From: Bacteroidaceae bacterium
Lineage (GTDB): Bacteria; Bacteroidota; Bacteroidia; Bacteroidales; UBA932
Direction of reading: 5' to 3'
Assembly (NCBI GenBank): GCA_963662035.1
Contig: CAVLDO010000004.1
Location: 10,902 to 74,901 of the forward strand
Length of the DNA stretch: 64,000 nt
The notes below the pieces were generated by a model. The model was not told where the DNA came from and made no database searches. It saw only the letters and a list, made by a program, of their open reading frames with translations. The position numbers were made by a program, and so were the translations under genes. How positions within the stretch are numbered: position 1 is the first letter of the stretch; every line of letters starts with the position of its first letter. Of the stretch, positions 45,280 to 53,795 are shown one piece after another.

Positions 45280-46344
45280 CTATTTGATGAACGTCTGCAT
45301 CTGGGGCACTTTGCGGCGGGCGGCCTCGAACAGCGCCCACTGGTTGCGGGTGCGCACCAGATTGTGCTCCGGATACTTGATCTTGTAGTAAGTGTCGCCG
45401 TTGATGTAGTCTGAAAAGAAGCGCACCGCCTGCATATATGGGAACAGGCAGGCGGCAAAGGGGAGGTTCTCCTTCTCTACGGGGGTCAGGAAGGTCGCCC
45501 CCTCCAGATAACCCTTGGCGAACGCCTCGAAAATGTCCATCCTGAAATCGACCTTCTCCCAGGCGGGGTCATCCTCGGGCAGGGTATTGGCAGCCGTGCG
45601 CAGGAAGTCGCCGAAATCGGAGAAGACGAAGGAGGGCATCAGGGTGTCCAGGTCAATCACGCACAGGATGTTGCCGCCGGCGTCGAACATCATATTGTTG
45701 ACTTTGGTGTCGCAGTGGCAGATGCGCTTTGGCAGCAGTCCGGCGCGGTACATCCGCTCGGCCTTGCACATCTCATCTTCAAAGGGTAGGATTTTGGAGA
45801 GAATCTCCTTGACCTCGCTGCTGGCCATACGGCCGGCGCGGTCGGCCTCCACCGCCTCGTGCAGCTGGCGGGCGCGCAACTCCATATTGTGGAAGTCGGG
45901 GATGGTCTCGCCCAAAGTGTCGGGGATGTCGGCGAGCATCGCCTCAAAATTGCCGAACGCCTTGCCGGCGAAGTAGGAATATTCGGGGTTCACCGTCTCG
46001 TAGGTGTAGGCATCCTTTATGAAAATGGAGACGCGCCAGTATTCCTTGCCGTCGGTCCAGTAGCTCTTGCCGGTCTCCGGGCAGGGGAGAAAGGTGAGCA
46101 CCTTGCGGTTGATGTCAGGATCGCCCGCTATCTTGCGGCGGATGTGGGCGGTGGCGCAGTCGATGTTGTGCTGCAGCAGATCCACGTCCTTGAAGATGGA
46201 ATTGTTGATGCGCTGCAGTACATAGTCGTTGCTGCCGTCGGTCTTCACCAGAAGGGTGTCGTTTATGAGTCCGTTGCCCAGCGGCTTTATTTCCAGAATG
46301 TTGCCGTTTATGGCAAAACGGCTTGCTATCTCTCTTTCTTTCAT
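45280..46344 (-). CDS. APH-fold sugar anomeric kinase, N-acetylhexosamine 1-kinase (NahK/MdsC)-like
   Basis: Track ORF 45280..46683 trimmed to ATG 46344 (MKEREIASRF...), 9 nt below the NUDIX stop. PLGNGLINDT glycine-rich loop, catalytic loop ICHCDTKVNNMMFD, then VIDLDT. Confidence 0.7.
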   Translation of the reverse strand: MKEREIASRFAINGNILEIKPLGNGLINDTLLVKTDGSNDYVLQRINNSIFKDVDLLQHNIDCATAHIRRKIAGDPDINRKVLTFLPCPETGKSYWTDGKEYWRVSIFIKDAYTYETVNPEYSYFAGKAFGNFEAMLADIPDTLGETIPDFHNMELRARQLHEAVEADRAGRMASSEVKEILSKILPFEDEMCKAERMYRAGLLPKRICHCDTKVNNMMFDAGGNILCVIDLDTLMPSFVFSDFGDFLRTAANTLPEDDPAWEKVDFRMDIFEAFAKGYLEGATFLTPVEKENLPFAACLFPYMQAVRFFSDYINGDTYYKIKYPEHNLVRTRNQWALFEAARRKVPQMQTFIK

Positions 46345-46352
46345 ATGAGTGA

Positions 46353-46970
46353 TCAGTTTATCTCTTTGTCTGCCTTGAATACATCGCGGATAGAGGGGTA
46401 GGCCCCCTTGAGCAGCTCTTGAAGCTGCGCATCGCAGCACCAGCGGGCCGTCTCTATGTCTTCTTCGCGCTGCACCCTGACTTCGTCGTGGGCGGTGAGG
46501 GTCATCCTGAACCAGTGGGATTCCTTGAGCACGAAGTCCTCTGCGTCGCGGTAGGTGTGATAGGTGGTGCAGATGGGTTTTCCCAGGGCAAGGTGCTGCA
46601 GCCCCGTCTCTTCCTGCACTTCGCGCAGGGCGCACTGCTCCAGTGTCTCGCCCTCTTCCAGGTGCCCCTTGGGCATATCCCACGCCCCACGGCGCCAGAA
46701 GAGCAGCGCACGGCCTGCGGCGTTGCGCACAAGAGCGCCGGCGGCCACATCCACTCTCAGCTGCGATGTGATGGCCCTGAAGGCGGCCTGCATATCATCC
46801 GCCTCTATTTCCAGATGTTCGGGCGCCGCCTCAAAAGCGAAGCGCTGCGCAAGGGTCGCCAGCTCTCCCGCATCTGTCTCTTTGATGCGTAGGGCGCCGC
46901 CGGGCTCCGTTGCAGGGGAGAGTGGCGGGATTATTGCAATGCTGCGACCGTTAAAGTAGATTTTAATCAT
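46353..46970 (-). CDS. NUDIX hydrolase
   Basis: Nudix box GHLEEGETLEQCALREVQEETGL (G.5E.7REU.EE.GU). Confidence 0.85.
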   Translation of the reverse strand: MIKIYFNGRSIAIIPPLSPATEPGGALRIKETDAGELATLAQRFAFEAAPEHLEIEADDMQAAFRAITSQLRVDVAAGALVRNAAGRALLFWRRGAWDMPKGHLEEGETLEQCALREVQEETGLQHLALGKPICTTYHTYRDAEDFVLKESHWFRMTLTAHDEVRVQREEDIETARWCCDAQLQELLKGAYPSIRDVFKADKEIN

Positions 46971-47022
46971 TTGGCAAATTTATCCAAAAAATCTAATTTT
47001 GGAACGCTAATAAAAGACGTGT

Positions 47023-47655
47023 ATGATCAATATCGAGAAGCAGGTTGCCGAGTACCTGCTGGAAATCGGCGCCGTGAAGTTGCGCCCCGAAGAGCCCTTC
47101 ACCTGGGCTTCAGGGTGGAAGTCACCCATCTATTGCGACAACCGCAAGATCCTCTCTTATCCCGAGATCCGCAACAAGGTCTGTGACTTTGTGGTGGAGA
47201 CCATCGGCGAGCATTTCAAAAATGTGGATGTGATTGCCGGCGTGGCCACAGGGGCCATCGCGATGGGTGCGCTGGTTGCCGACCGTATGAATAAGCCTTT
47301 GATTTACATCCGTCCCAAGCCCAAGGATCACGGGATGGGCAATCAGATAGAGGGCGAATGCGGGCGGGGCGACCGCGTGGTTGTGGTTGAGGATCTCATC
47401 TCCACCGGCGGCAGCAGCCTCAGCGCGGCGGCGGCCGTTTCTGCGGCAGGCTGCATCGTGGAGGGGATGGTGGCCATCTTCTCCTACAATTTCCCCACCG
47501 CACGCCGTTCTTTCGAAAATACGAGCATGGAACTCTACACCCTCTCAAACTACGATTCCCTCATAGAGGTCGCAAGAGAGAAGAAGCTCATAAGCGAATC
47601 TGACATAGAGGTGCTGCGCGACTGGCGCTTCCACCCCGAAACCTGGGGCAAATAG
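47023..47655 (+). CDS. pyrE: Orotate phosphoribosyltransferase
   Basis: 210 aa. FTWASGWKSPIYCDNR and PRPP-binding loop VVVVEDLISTGGSS. Confidence 0.9.
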   Translation: MINIEKQVAEYLLEIGAVKLRPEEPFTWASGWKSPIYCDNRKILSYPEIRNKVCDFVVETIGEHFKNVDVIAGVATGAIAMGALVADRMNKPLIYIRPKPKDHGMGNQIEGECGRGDRVVVVEDLISTGGSSLSAAAAVSAAGCIVEGMVAIFSYNFPTARRSFENTSMELYTLSNYDSLIEVAREKKLISESDIEVLRDWRFHPETWGK

Positions 47656-47659
47656 CACT

Positions 47660-48127
47660 ATGGCAGATACTTTATTGACGAGCAAGACGGTGCTGGTGGA
47701 CCGCCAGCCGGTCGTGCTCTACAGTTCTCTCGAGGATCTCGGCGCCCTGGTGGCAAATCTGCCCGAAGACAAACGGCGGTCGATAAGCGCCACCGCAGAC
47801 ACCATCAGCGCCAGCGTGCAGGGATTCAATCTGGGCGTGCGCGTGGCCGACCGCACCCCTTTCAGCAGCGTCACCTTCCGCCAGATAGACGGCAGCCCGG
47901 TGGAGTTTTCCCTCAAGGCTGTCTTTGACAGCGTGGACGATCCCTCAAATCCCGATGCCGACTGCAAGACCAACTTCCACATCGAGCTGGCGGCCCAGCT
48001 GGGCGGGATGCTCAAGATGATGCTTGGAGGCAAGCTCCAGAAGGCGCTGGACGGCATAGCGCAGATGATTGCCGATGCAGCCTCGGGCCGCGATGTGAAC
48101 CTCCCGGCAGAAGATTATCTGAAATAG
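47660..48127 (+). CDS. Hypothetical protein (possibly SRPBCC/lipid-binding-like fold)
   Basis: 155-aa ORF tightly packed between pyrE (4-nt gap) and the methyltransferase (1-nt overlap). No diagnostic motif recognised. Confidence 0.45.
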   Translation: MADTLLTSKTVLVDRQPVVLYSSLEDLGALVANLPEDKRRSISATADTISASVQGFNLGVRVADRTPFSSVTFRQIDGSPVEFSLKAVFDSVDDPSNPDADCKTNFHIELAAQLGGMLKMMLGGKLQKALDGIAQMIADAASGRDVNLPAEDYLK

Positions 48128-49497
48128 TGAGCCGATTTCCAAAAGAATTTATAGAAAATACCTCGGCGGCCCTTGGCGGGGCTGCCGAGATTGTTATAGA
48201 CGCCCTTGAATCGGGCGAAAGCGTCACCGCAGTGCGCGCAAACCCCGCAAAGATGCCCATAGAGGCACTTGAGGGGCGCTTTGAGGCTGCCGACGGCCGC
48301 GTACCCTGGCGCGGCGACGCCCTGTTTCTCTCTGCCCGCCCCCAGTTCCCGCTGGATCCCGCGCTGCACGCCGGGGCCTACTATGTGCAGGACCCATCGG
48401 CGATGTTTGCCGGGTGCGTGGCCTCGGCCGCGATGCGCTCAGTCGGCACCGCGGCCCCACGCGTGCTGGATCTGTGCGCTGCCCCCGGGGGCAAGACCAC
48501 CTGTATCGCCGCCTCGCTTGGAGGCGGACTGCTGGTGGCCAACGAGGTCATAAGCTCCCGCGCCACCGTTTTGGCAGAGAATGTCTCAAAGTGGGGCAAT
48601 CCAAATGTGGTGGTCTGCGGCAATGACCCGGCTCATTTCGCCTCGCTGCCGGGCTGGTTCGACGTGATTGTGACCGATGTCCCCTGCTCCGGCGAGGGGA
48701 TGTTCCGCAAGGAGCCGCAGGCGGTGGAGCAGTGGTCGCAGGAGAATGTCCGCCTGTGTGAGGCCCGCTCCCGCCGCATAGTGGCCGATGTGTGGCCCGC
48801 GCTGCGCGAAGGGGGCTTTCTGGTATATTCCACCTGCACCTTCAACTCTTTTGAAAATGACGGGAATGCCGCCTGGATTGCGGAGAATCTCGGGGCGGAG
48901 ATTGTCCATATCGGGACATTCGATGAGACTCTTGCGGCGCAAACAGCCGCGGCGGGAAACATTGCAACCCGATGCGGCGTGCAGCTGGCTCCCGGCATAA
49001 CTCGCGGAGAAGGGCAGTATGTGGCGCTGCTGCGAAAGACGGCCGCCGCCCCCGCGATGCGACTTAAAGCCGCGCCGCCACTAAAAAAAGCCACCTGCGA
49101 ATGGCTGCGCCCAGGATACGCGTGCTCTTGGGTAGAGTGTGGTGCCGGAGCGATGCTAAAGGCTTACCCGGAGGCTCTGATCTATGACATACGCACTGTG
49201 GAGGAGAATCTGCGCACGCTGCGCTCCGGCGTGGCAGTGGCTCTTGTCAAGGGGCGCGACCGCATTCCGCAGCCCGACCTGGCGCTCAGCCCGGCGCTTT
49301 CTCCGGAGGCCTTCCCAGAAGTGGAACTTTCTCGCGAGCAGGCGCTGCAGTATCTGCGCCTCCAGCCGCTGGCGCTGCCCGATGCCCCGGAGGGATTTCT
49401 GAAAGTATGCAGCGAGGGTTTGCCGCTGGGCTTTGTGAAAAATCTGGGGCGGCGGGCCAACAACCTGTTTCCCCGGGCCTGGCGCCTGCGGATGTAA
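48127..49497 (+). CDS. NOL1/NOP2/Sun family rRNA (cytosine-C5) methyltransferase, RsmB/RsmF-like
   Basis: GTG start. SAM motif VLDLCAAPGGKTT, catalytic Cys motifs DVPCSGEGMFRK and VYSTCTF. Confidence 0.85.
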   Translation: MSRFPKEFIENTSAALGGAAEIVIDALESGESVTAVRANPAKMPIEALEGRFEAADGRVPWRGDALFLSARPQFPLDPALHAGAYYVQDPSAMFAGCVASAAMRSVGTAAPRVLDLCAAPGGKTTCIAASLGGGLLVANEVISSRATVLAENVSKWGNPNVVVCGNDPAHFASLPGWFDVIVTDVPCSGEGMFRKEPQAVEQWSQENVRLCEARSRRIVADVWPALREGGFLVYSTCTFNSFENDGNAAWIAENLGAEIVHIGTFDETLAAQTAAAGNIATRCGVQLAPGITRGEGQYVALLRKTAAAPAMRLKAAPPLKKATCEWLRPGYACSWVECGAGAMLKAYPEALIYDIRTVEENLRTLRSGVAVALVKGRDRIPQPDLALSPALSPEAFPEVELSREQALQYLRLQPLALPDAPEGFLKVCSEGLPLGFVKNLGRRANNLFPRAWRLRM

Positions 49498-49529
49498 AAA
49501 CGGCCCCCGCTTTTGGCGGAGGCCGTTTT
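49497..49529. terminator. Bidirectional terminator between convergent genes
   Basis: Long hairpin AAAACGGCCCCCGC-TTTTG-GCGGAGGCCGTTTT (one mismatch), flanked by A- and T-runs. Confidence 0.7.
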
Positions 49530-49547
49530 CCTGCTTTAAAACAATGC

Positions 49548-50852
49548 CTATTTCATAAGCAGATAGTGCGGGCCGAAGCGCTCGAAGGCTGCTCGGTCCA
49601 GCTCCTCGCGGTGGTCGGGGTGCGCCACGCTGATGATGGCCTTGGCCCTCTCCTGCAGCGATTTGCCATAGAGGTTCACTGCGCCGTATTCGGTCACAAG
49701 CCAGTGGATGTGGGCGCGGGTGGTCACGACGCCCGCCCCGAGAGTCAGGGTGGGGGCGATTTTGCTGATTCCCTTGTTGGTTATGGAAGGCATCGCGATG
49801 ATGGCCTTGCCCCCCTTGCTCAGCGAAGCGCCGTAGGTGAAGTCTATCTGGCCGCCGAAGCCGCTGTAGAACTTGGTGCCGAGGCTGTCGGCGCACACCT
49901 GGCCGGTGATGTCCACCTGCAGGGCGGAGTTGATCGCGGTCATTTTGGGGTTCTGCGAGATTATGGCGGGGTCGTTGGTGTAGCCGACATCCATCATAGA
50001 AACCATAGGGTTGTCGTCTATAAAGTCATAGACCTGCTGGCTGCCCATCAGAAAGGTGGAGACCATCTTGCCGGGGTCGGTGACCTTGTTGGCGCCGGTG
50101 ATCACGCCCTTTTCCACCAGCGGCAGCACGCCGTCGGCAAACATCTCGGTGTGGATGCCGAGGTCTTTGTGGCCGCCCAGCTGCGCCAGCACGGCATTGG
50201 GAATGGCGCCGATGCCCATCTGCAGGCAGGCACCGTCTTCTATGAGAGCCGCGCAGTTCTTTCCGATCTTGGTCTCGGTTTCGTTGGGCTGGGTAAAGGT
50301 GGCGGGCTGCAGCGGGGTGTTGTCCTCCACAAAGAGGTCAATCTTGCTCAGCGGGATAATTGCCTGGCCCCAGCTGCGGGGAACGTGTCTGTTTACCACT
50401 GCAATCACGATTTTGGCGCATTCGATGGCTGCCAGGGTAGCGTCCACGCTGGTGCCCAGCGAAACGAATCCGTGCTTGTCGGGGGGGCAGACCTGAATCA
50501 TCGCCACATCGCAGGGGAGGGCGCCGCAGCGGTAGAGCTTCTGGGTCTCGCTCAGATGCACCGGAATATAGTCGGCATAGCCGGCCTGCACCCCTTTGCG
50601 CACGTTGGCCCCTACAAAAAAGGCCTGATGGAAGAATATGCCGTTGTATTTCTCGTCGGTATAGGGGGCGGGCCCTTCCGTGTGGAGGTGGTGGATGTGG
50701 ACATCCTTCAATTCACCCGCGTCGCCCCGGCGGCAGAGGGCCTGTATAAGCACCTGAGGGGCGCTTGCAACGGAACTGAAGTGGATGTGGTCGCCGCTCT
50801 TGACAACCTTCACCGCCTCGTCCGCGCTGATAAACTTGATTGTGTGGTTCAT
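49548..50852 (-). CDS. Acetyl-CoA hydrolase/transferase family protein (4-hydroxybutyrate / short-chain acyl-CoA transferase-like)
   Basis: 434 aa. Family motif YSGFGGQIDF. N-terminal KFISADEAVKVVKSGD pattern. Confidence 0.8.
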   Translation of the reverse strand: MNHTIKFISADEAVKVVKSGDHIHFSSVASAPQVLIQALCRRGDAGELKDVHIHHLHTEGPAPYTDEKYNGIFFHQAFFVGANVRKGVQAGYADYIPVHLSETQKLYRCGALPCDVAMIQVCPPDKHGFVSLGTSVDATLAAIECAKIVIAVVNRHVPRSWGQAIIPLSKIDLFVEDNTPLQPATFTQPNETETKIGKNCAALIEDGACLQMGIGAIPNAVLAQLGGHKDLGIHTEMFADGVLPLVEKGVITGANKVTDPGKMVSTFLMGSQQVYDFIDDNPMVSMMDVGYTNDPAIISQNPKMTAINSALQVDITGQVCADSLGTKFYSGFGGQIDFTYGASLSKGGKAIIAMPSITNKGISKIAPTLTLGAGVVTTRAHIHWLVTEYGAVNLYGKSLQERAKAIISVAHPDHREELDRAAFERFGPHYLLMK

Positions 50853-50902
50853 CTATTTTTATGGGATTTGATTAATTTTGCTCGCTAATATACAAAAATA
50901 CT

Positions 50903-51724
50903 ATGAACCGCGAAAAACAACTGGCCGCCTTCGAGCGACTCCTGGATGTGATGGACACCTTGAGGGAAAAGTGCCCGTGGGACCACAAACAGACGATAGA
51001 CACCCTGCGCCCCAACACCATAGAGGAGGTTTACGAACTCTCCGACGCCATTATGAACCACGATATGAAGAATATCTGCAAAGAGCTTGGCGACGTGCTG
51101 CTGCACATAGTCTTCTATGCCAAAATCGGCAGCGAACAGGGGCAGTTTGACATAGCCGATGTCTGCAACCAGCTTTGCGACAAGCTGATATTCCGCCACC
51201 CGCACGTCTATCCCCCAAAGGACGACGGCTCGCAGCTGGCAAAGGACTCTTCGCACGCCGAGAATGCCGACCAGGTGATCAAGAATTGGGAGCAGCTCAA
51301 GCAGACGGAAAAGGACGGCAACAAGACGGTGCTCTCCGGTGTCCCGGACAGCCTGCCGCCGCTGATCCGCGCCTACCGTATGCAGGACAAGGCGCGTGCA
51401 GTGGGTTTTGACTGGGAAAAACGCGAGGATGTCTGGGACAAGGTCTCCGAAGAGATGGGCGAGTTCAGGGAGGCTCTCTCCGCCGCAGGAGATGCACCCA
51501 CCCCCGAGATGACCGACGAGCTGGGCGATATGCTCTTCTCCATAATCAATGCTTCGCGCCTCTACAAGCTCAATCCCGACACGGCGCTTGAGTCCACCTG
51601 CCGCAAGTTCCGCGACCGCTTCACATTTGTGGAGATGAAGGCACGCGAGGCGGGGCGCGACATCCGGGACCTGACCCTCGCCGAGATGGACGCCCTTTGG
51701 GACGAGGCCAAGAAAAGCCGGTAG
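50903..51724 (+). CDS. mazG: Nucleoside triphosphate pyrophosphohydrolase MazG
   Basis: Two MazG repeats. CPWD..QT...L...T.EE.YE, ELGDVLLHIVFYA, and a second EE.GE...A, ELGDMLFS. Confidence 0.9.
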   Translation: MNREKQLAAFERLLDVMDTLREKCPWDHKQTIDTLRPNTIEEVYELSDAIMNHDMKNICKELGDVLLHIVFYAKIGSEQGQFDIADVCNQLCDKLIFRHPHVYPPKDDGSQLAKDSSHAENADQVIKNWEQLKQTEKDGNKTVLSGVPDSLPPLIRAYRMQDKARAVGFDWEKREDVWDKVSEEMGEFREALSAAGDAPTPEMTDELGDMLFSIINASRLYKLNPDTALESTCRKFRDRFTFVEMKAREAGRDIRDLTLAEMDALWDEAKKSR

Positions 51725-51727
51725 CCG

Positions 51728-52450
51728 ATGGTGCGCGATTGGCAACGGCGCACCGCCCTGCTTATGGGCGAGGAGCGCCTGGAGCATCTGGACAGCTGCA
51801 CGGTGGCCGTGGTGGGAGTCGGCGGAGTGGGGGCCTACGCGGCGGAGATGATAGCCCGCGCCGGAGTGGGGCACCTCGTGCTGCTGGATTGCGACATAGT
51901 CTCCCAGAGCGACAAGAACCGCCAGCTGCCCGCCCTCGATTCCAATATGGGGCGGCGCAAAGTCGAGGTGGTGCGCGACCGCATTCTGGACATAAACCCC
52001 GAGGCAGACGTGCTTCTGATTGCCGAATATCTCACAGAGGATAACATTGCGCCGCTGCTGGACAGCTTAAGTATAGACTATCTGGTGGACGCCATAGACA
52101 CTCTCGCCCCCAAACTGGCGCTGATAGAGTACTGCGTCAAGGGCGGCATCCCTCACGTGAGCTCGATGGGGAGCGGGGCCAAGTGGGATGCCACCAAGGT
52201 CCGCCTGGTGGATCTCTCCAAATCGTACAACTGCCCGCTGGCCTTCATAGTGCGCAAAAAGCTGCGCAAAAAGGGAATCACAAAGGGATTCAAGGTGGTT
52301 TTCAGCGAAGAACTGCCCGACAGGAATGCGATAGTGGAGGATGCGGGGCGCAATAAAAAGTCGCAGGTGGGCACCATTTCCTATATGCCCGCCGTGTTCG
52401 GCTGCGTATGTGCCCAGGCGGCAATTGCGCATTTGACTCAAAATGACTAA
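51728..52450 (+). CDS. tcdA: tRNA threonylcarbamoyladenosine dehydratase (ThiF/E1-like, TcdA/CsdL)
   Basis: VAVVGVGGVGAYAAEMIARAGVGHLVLLDCD.V..S..NRQ Rossmann/E1 motif. 240 aa. Confidence 0.75.
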   Translation: MVRDWQRRTALLMGEERLEHLDSCTVAVVGVGGVGAYAAEMIARAGVGHLVLLDCDIVSQSDKNRQLPALDSNMGRRKVEVVRDRILDINPEADVLLIAEYLTEDNIAPLLDSLSIDYLVDAIDTLAPKLALIEYCVKGGIPHVSSMGSGAKWDATKVRLVDLSKSYNCPLAFIVRKKLRKKGITKGFKVVFSEELPDRNAIVEDAGRNKKSQVGTISYMPAVFGCVCAQAAIAHLTQND

Positions 52451-52497
52451 TTTTGCCGTCCGCTTTTAAAAATCGGACAAAAACAGAAAGATATACA

Positions 52498-53589
52498 ATG
52501 GCAGAAAACAAATTGCTCGAAAAACTCGAAGACCTCAAAGACAAGTTCGCGACCCTGCAGCAGCAGATTTCCGACCCCGAGCTGATAAGCGATATGAAGC
52601 GCTATGTACAGCTCAACAAGGAATACAAAGAGCTGGAACCCATAATCGCAGCAGGTGCCGAATACCGCCGTCAGGTGGAGAGTCTGGAGATAGCCAAGGA
52701 TATTCTGCAGAGCGAGAAAGACCCCGACCTGCGCGAGATGGCAAAGGCCGAGGCGGCCGAGATAGAGGAGAAGCTCCCGCAGATGGAGGAGGAGATAAAG
52801 CTGCTGTTGATACCTGCCGACCCCGAAGATGACAAGAATGCCATTCTGGAGATCCGAGGCGGCACGGGGGGCGACGAGGCTGCCATATTTGCCGGCGACC
52901 TTTTCAGGATGTACTCCAAGTATTGCGAGAAGAAGGGGTGGAAACTCGAGGTCAACAACTCCAACGAAGGGGTTATGGGTGGTTTCAAAGAGATTGTGTG
53001 CAAGATTTCAGGGGAGAAGGTCTATGGAACCCTCAAATACGAGAGCGGCGTGCACCGCGTGCAGCGTGTGCCGCAGACCGAGACCCAGGGGCGCGTGCAC
53101 ACTTCGGCCGCGTCGGTGGCCGTGCTGCCGGAGGCGGAGGAGTTTGACGTGGAGCTCAATATGAACGATGTGCGCAAGGATACCTACTGCGCATCGGGCC
53201 CCGGCGGACAGTGCGTTAACACCACCTATTCGGCTGTGCGCCTGACCCACATCCCCACCGGACTGGTAGTGCAGTGCCAAGACCAGAAATCGCAGATAAA
53301 GAACTTTGAAAAGGCTCTGGAAGAGTTGCGCACCCGTCTCTACAACTTTGAGTATCAGAAATATCTGAGCGAAATTTCTGCAAAGCGCAAGACGCTGGTC
53401 TCCACCGGCGACCGCTCCGCAAAAATCCGCACTTACAACTACCCCCAGTCGCGCGTCACCGACCATCGCATCGGCTACACCATGTACAACCTGCCGGTGT
53501 TTATGGACGGAGAAATCCAGGAGCTGATAGACCAGCTGCAGATTGCAGAGAACGCCGAGCGGCTCAAGGCTGCGGGAGAAGAGCAGTAG
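52498..53589 (+). CDS. prfA: Peptide chain release factor 1
   Basis: Trimmed to ATG 52498 (MAENKLLEKLEDL). GGQ motif SGPGGQCVNTT, RVQRVPQTETQGRVHTS. Confidence 0.95.
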   Translation: MAENKLLEKLEDLKDKFATLQQQISDPELISDMKRYVQLNKEYKELEPIIAAGAEYRRQVESLEIAKDILQSEKDPDLREMAKAEAAEIEEKLPQMEEEIKLLLIPADPEDDKNAILEIRGGTGGDEAAIFAGDLFRMYSKYCEKKGWKLEVNNSNEGVMGGFKEIVCKISGEKVYGTLKYESGVHRVQRVPQTETQGRVHTSAASVAVLPEAEEFDVELNMNDVRKDTYCASGPGGQCVNTTYSAVRLTHIPTGLVVQCQDQKSQIKNFEKALEELRTRLYNFEYQKYLSEISAKRKTLVSTGDRSAKIRTYNYPQSRVTDHRIGYTMYNLPVFMDGEIQELIDQLQIAENAERLKAAGEEQ

Positions 53590-53605
53590 CGGGCTGTTTG
53601 TGGCG

Positions 53606-53707
53606 CTAACGGCGCTCCACCGGCTGCAGGTCAAAATCTTCCATAAGCATCTCCAGACCCTGAATGGTGTCGGAGAAAAAGTACTGCATCAAGTAAGAGG
53701 TATTCAT
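53606..53707 (-). CDS. Candidate small ORF (33 aa, MNTSYLMQYFFSDTIQGLEMLMEDFDLQPVERR)
   Basis: ATG 53707 to TAG 53606, found by manual reverse-complement translation. Preceded by an exact -7 box. Below the ORF-track size cut-off, and no homology is assessable. Confidence 0.25.
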   Translation of the reverse strand: MNTSYLMQYFFSDTIQGLEMLMEDFDLQPVERR

Positions 53708-53728
53708 ATCCGTTATTTTTTTATGATG

Positions 53729-53736
53729 CAAAGATA
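53729..53736 (-). promoter_or_regulatory. -7 promoter box (TATCTTTG on minus strand) upstream of the 33-codon sORF
   Basis: Exact TAnnTTTG, 22 nt upstream of ATG 53707, within the prfA/rmuC convergent spacer. Confidence 0.4.
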
Positions 53737-53795
53737 TCCCGCTATGTGGGTCAAATTTTTACGCACATATAAAACAACCTCTATTTTTCTGCAGA

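Noticed and set aside
46345-46683. A 5-prime extension of the kinase ORF (track 45280..46683) overlapping the NUDIX gene in another frame.
   Set aside because: The extension is Arg/Pro/Gly-rich nonsense. ATG 46344 gives a normal kinase N-terminus (MKEREIASRFAINGN...PLGNGLIND), 9 nt after the NUDIX stop.
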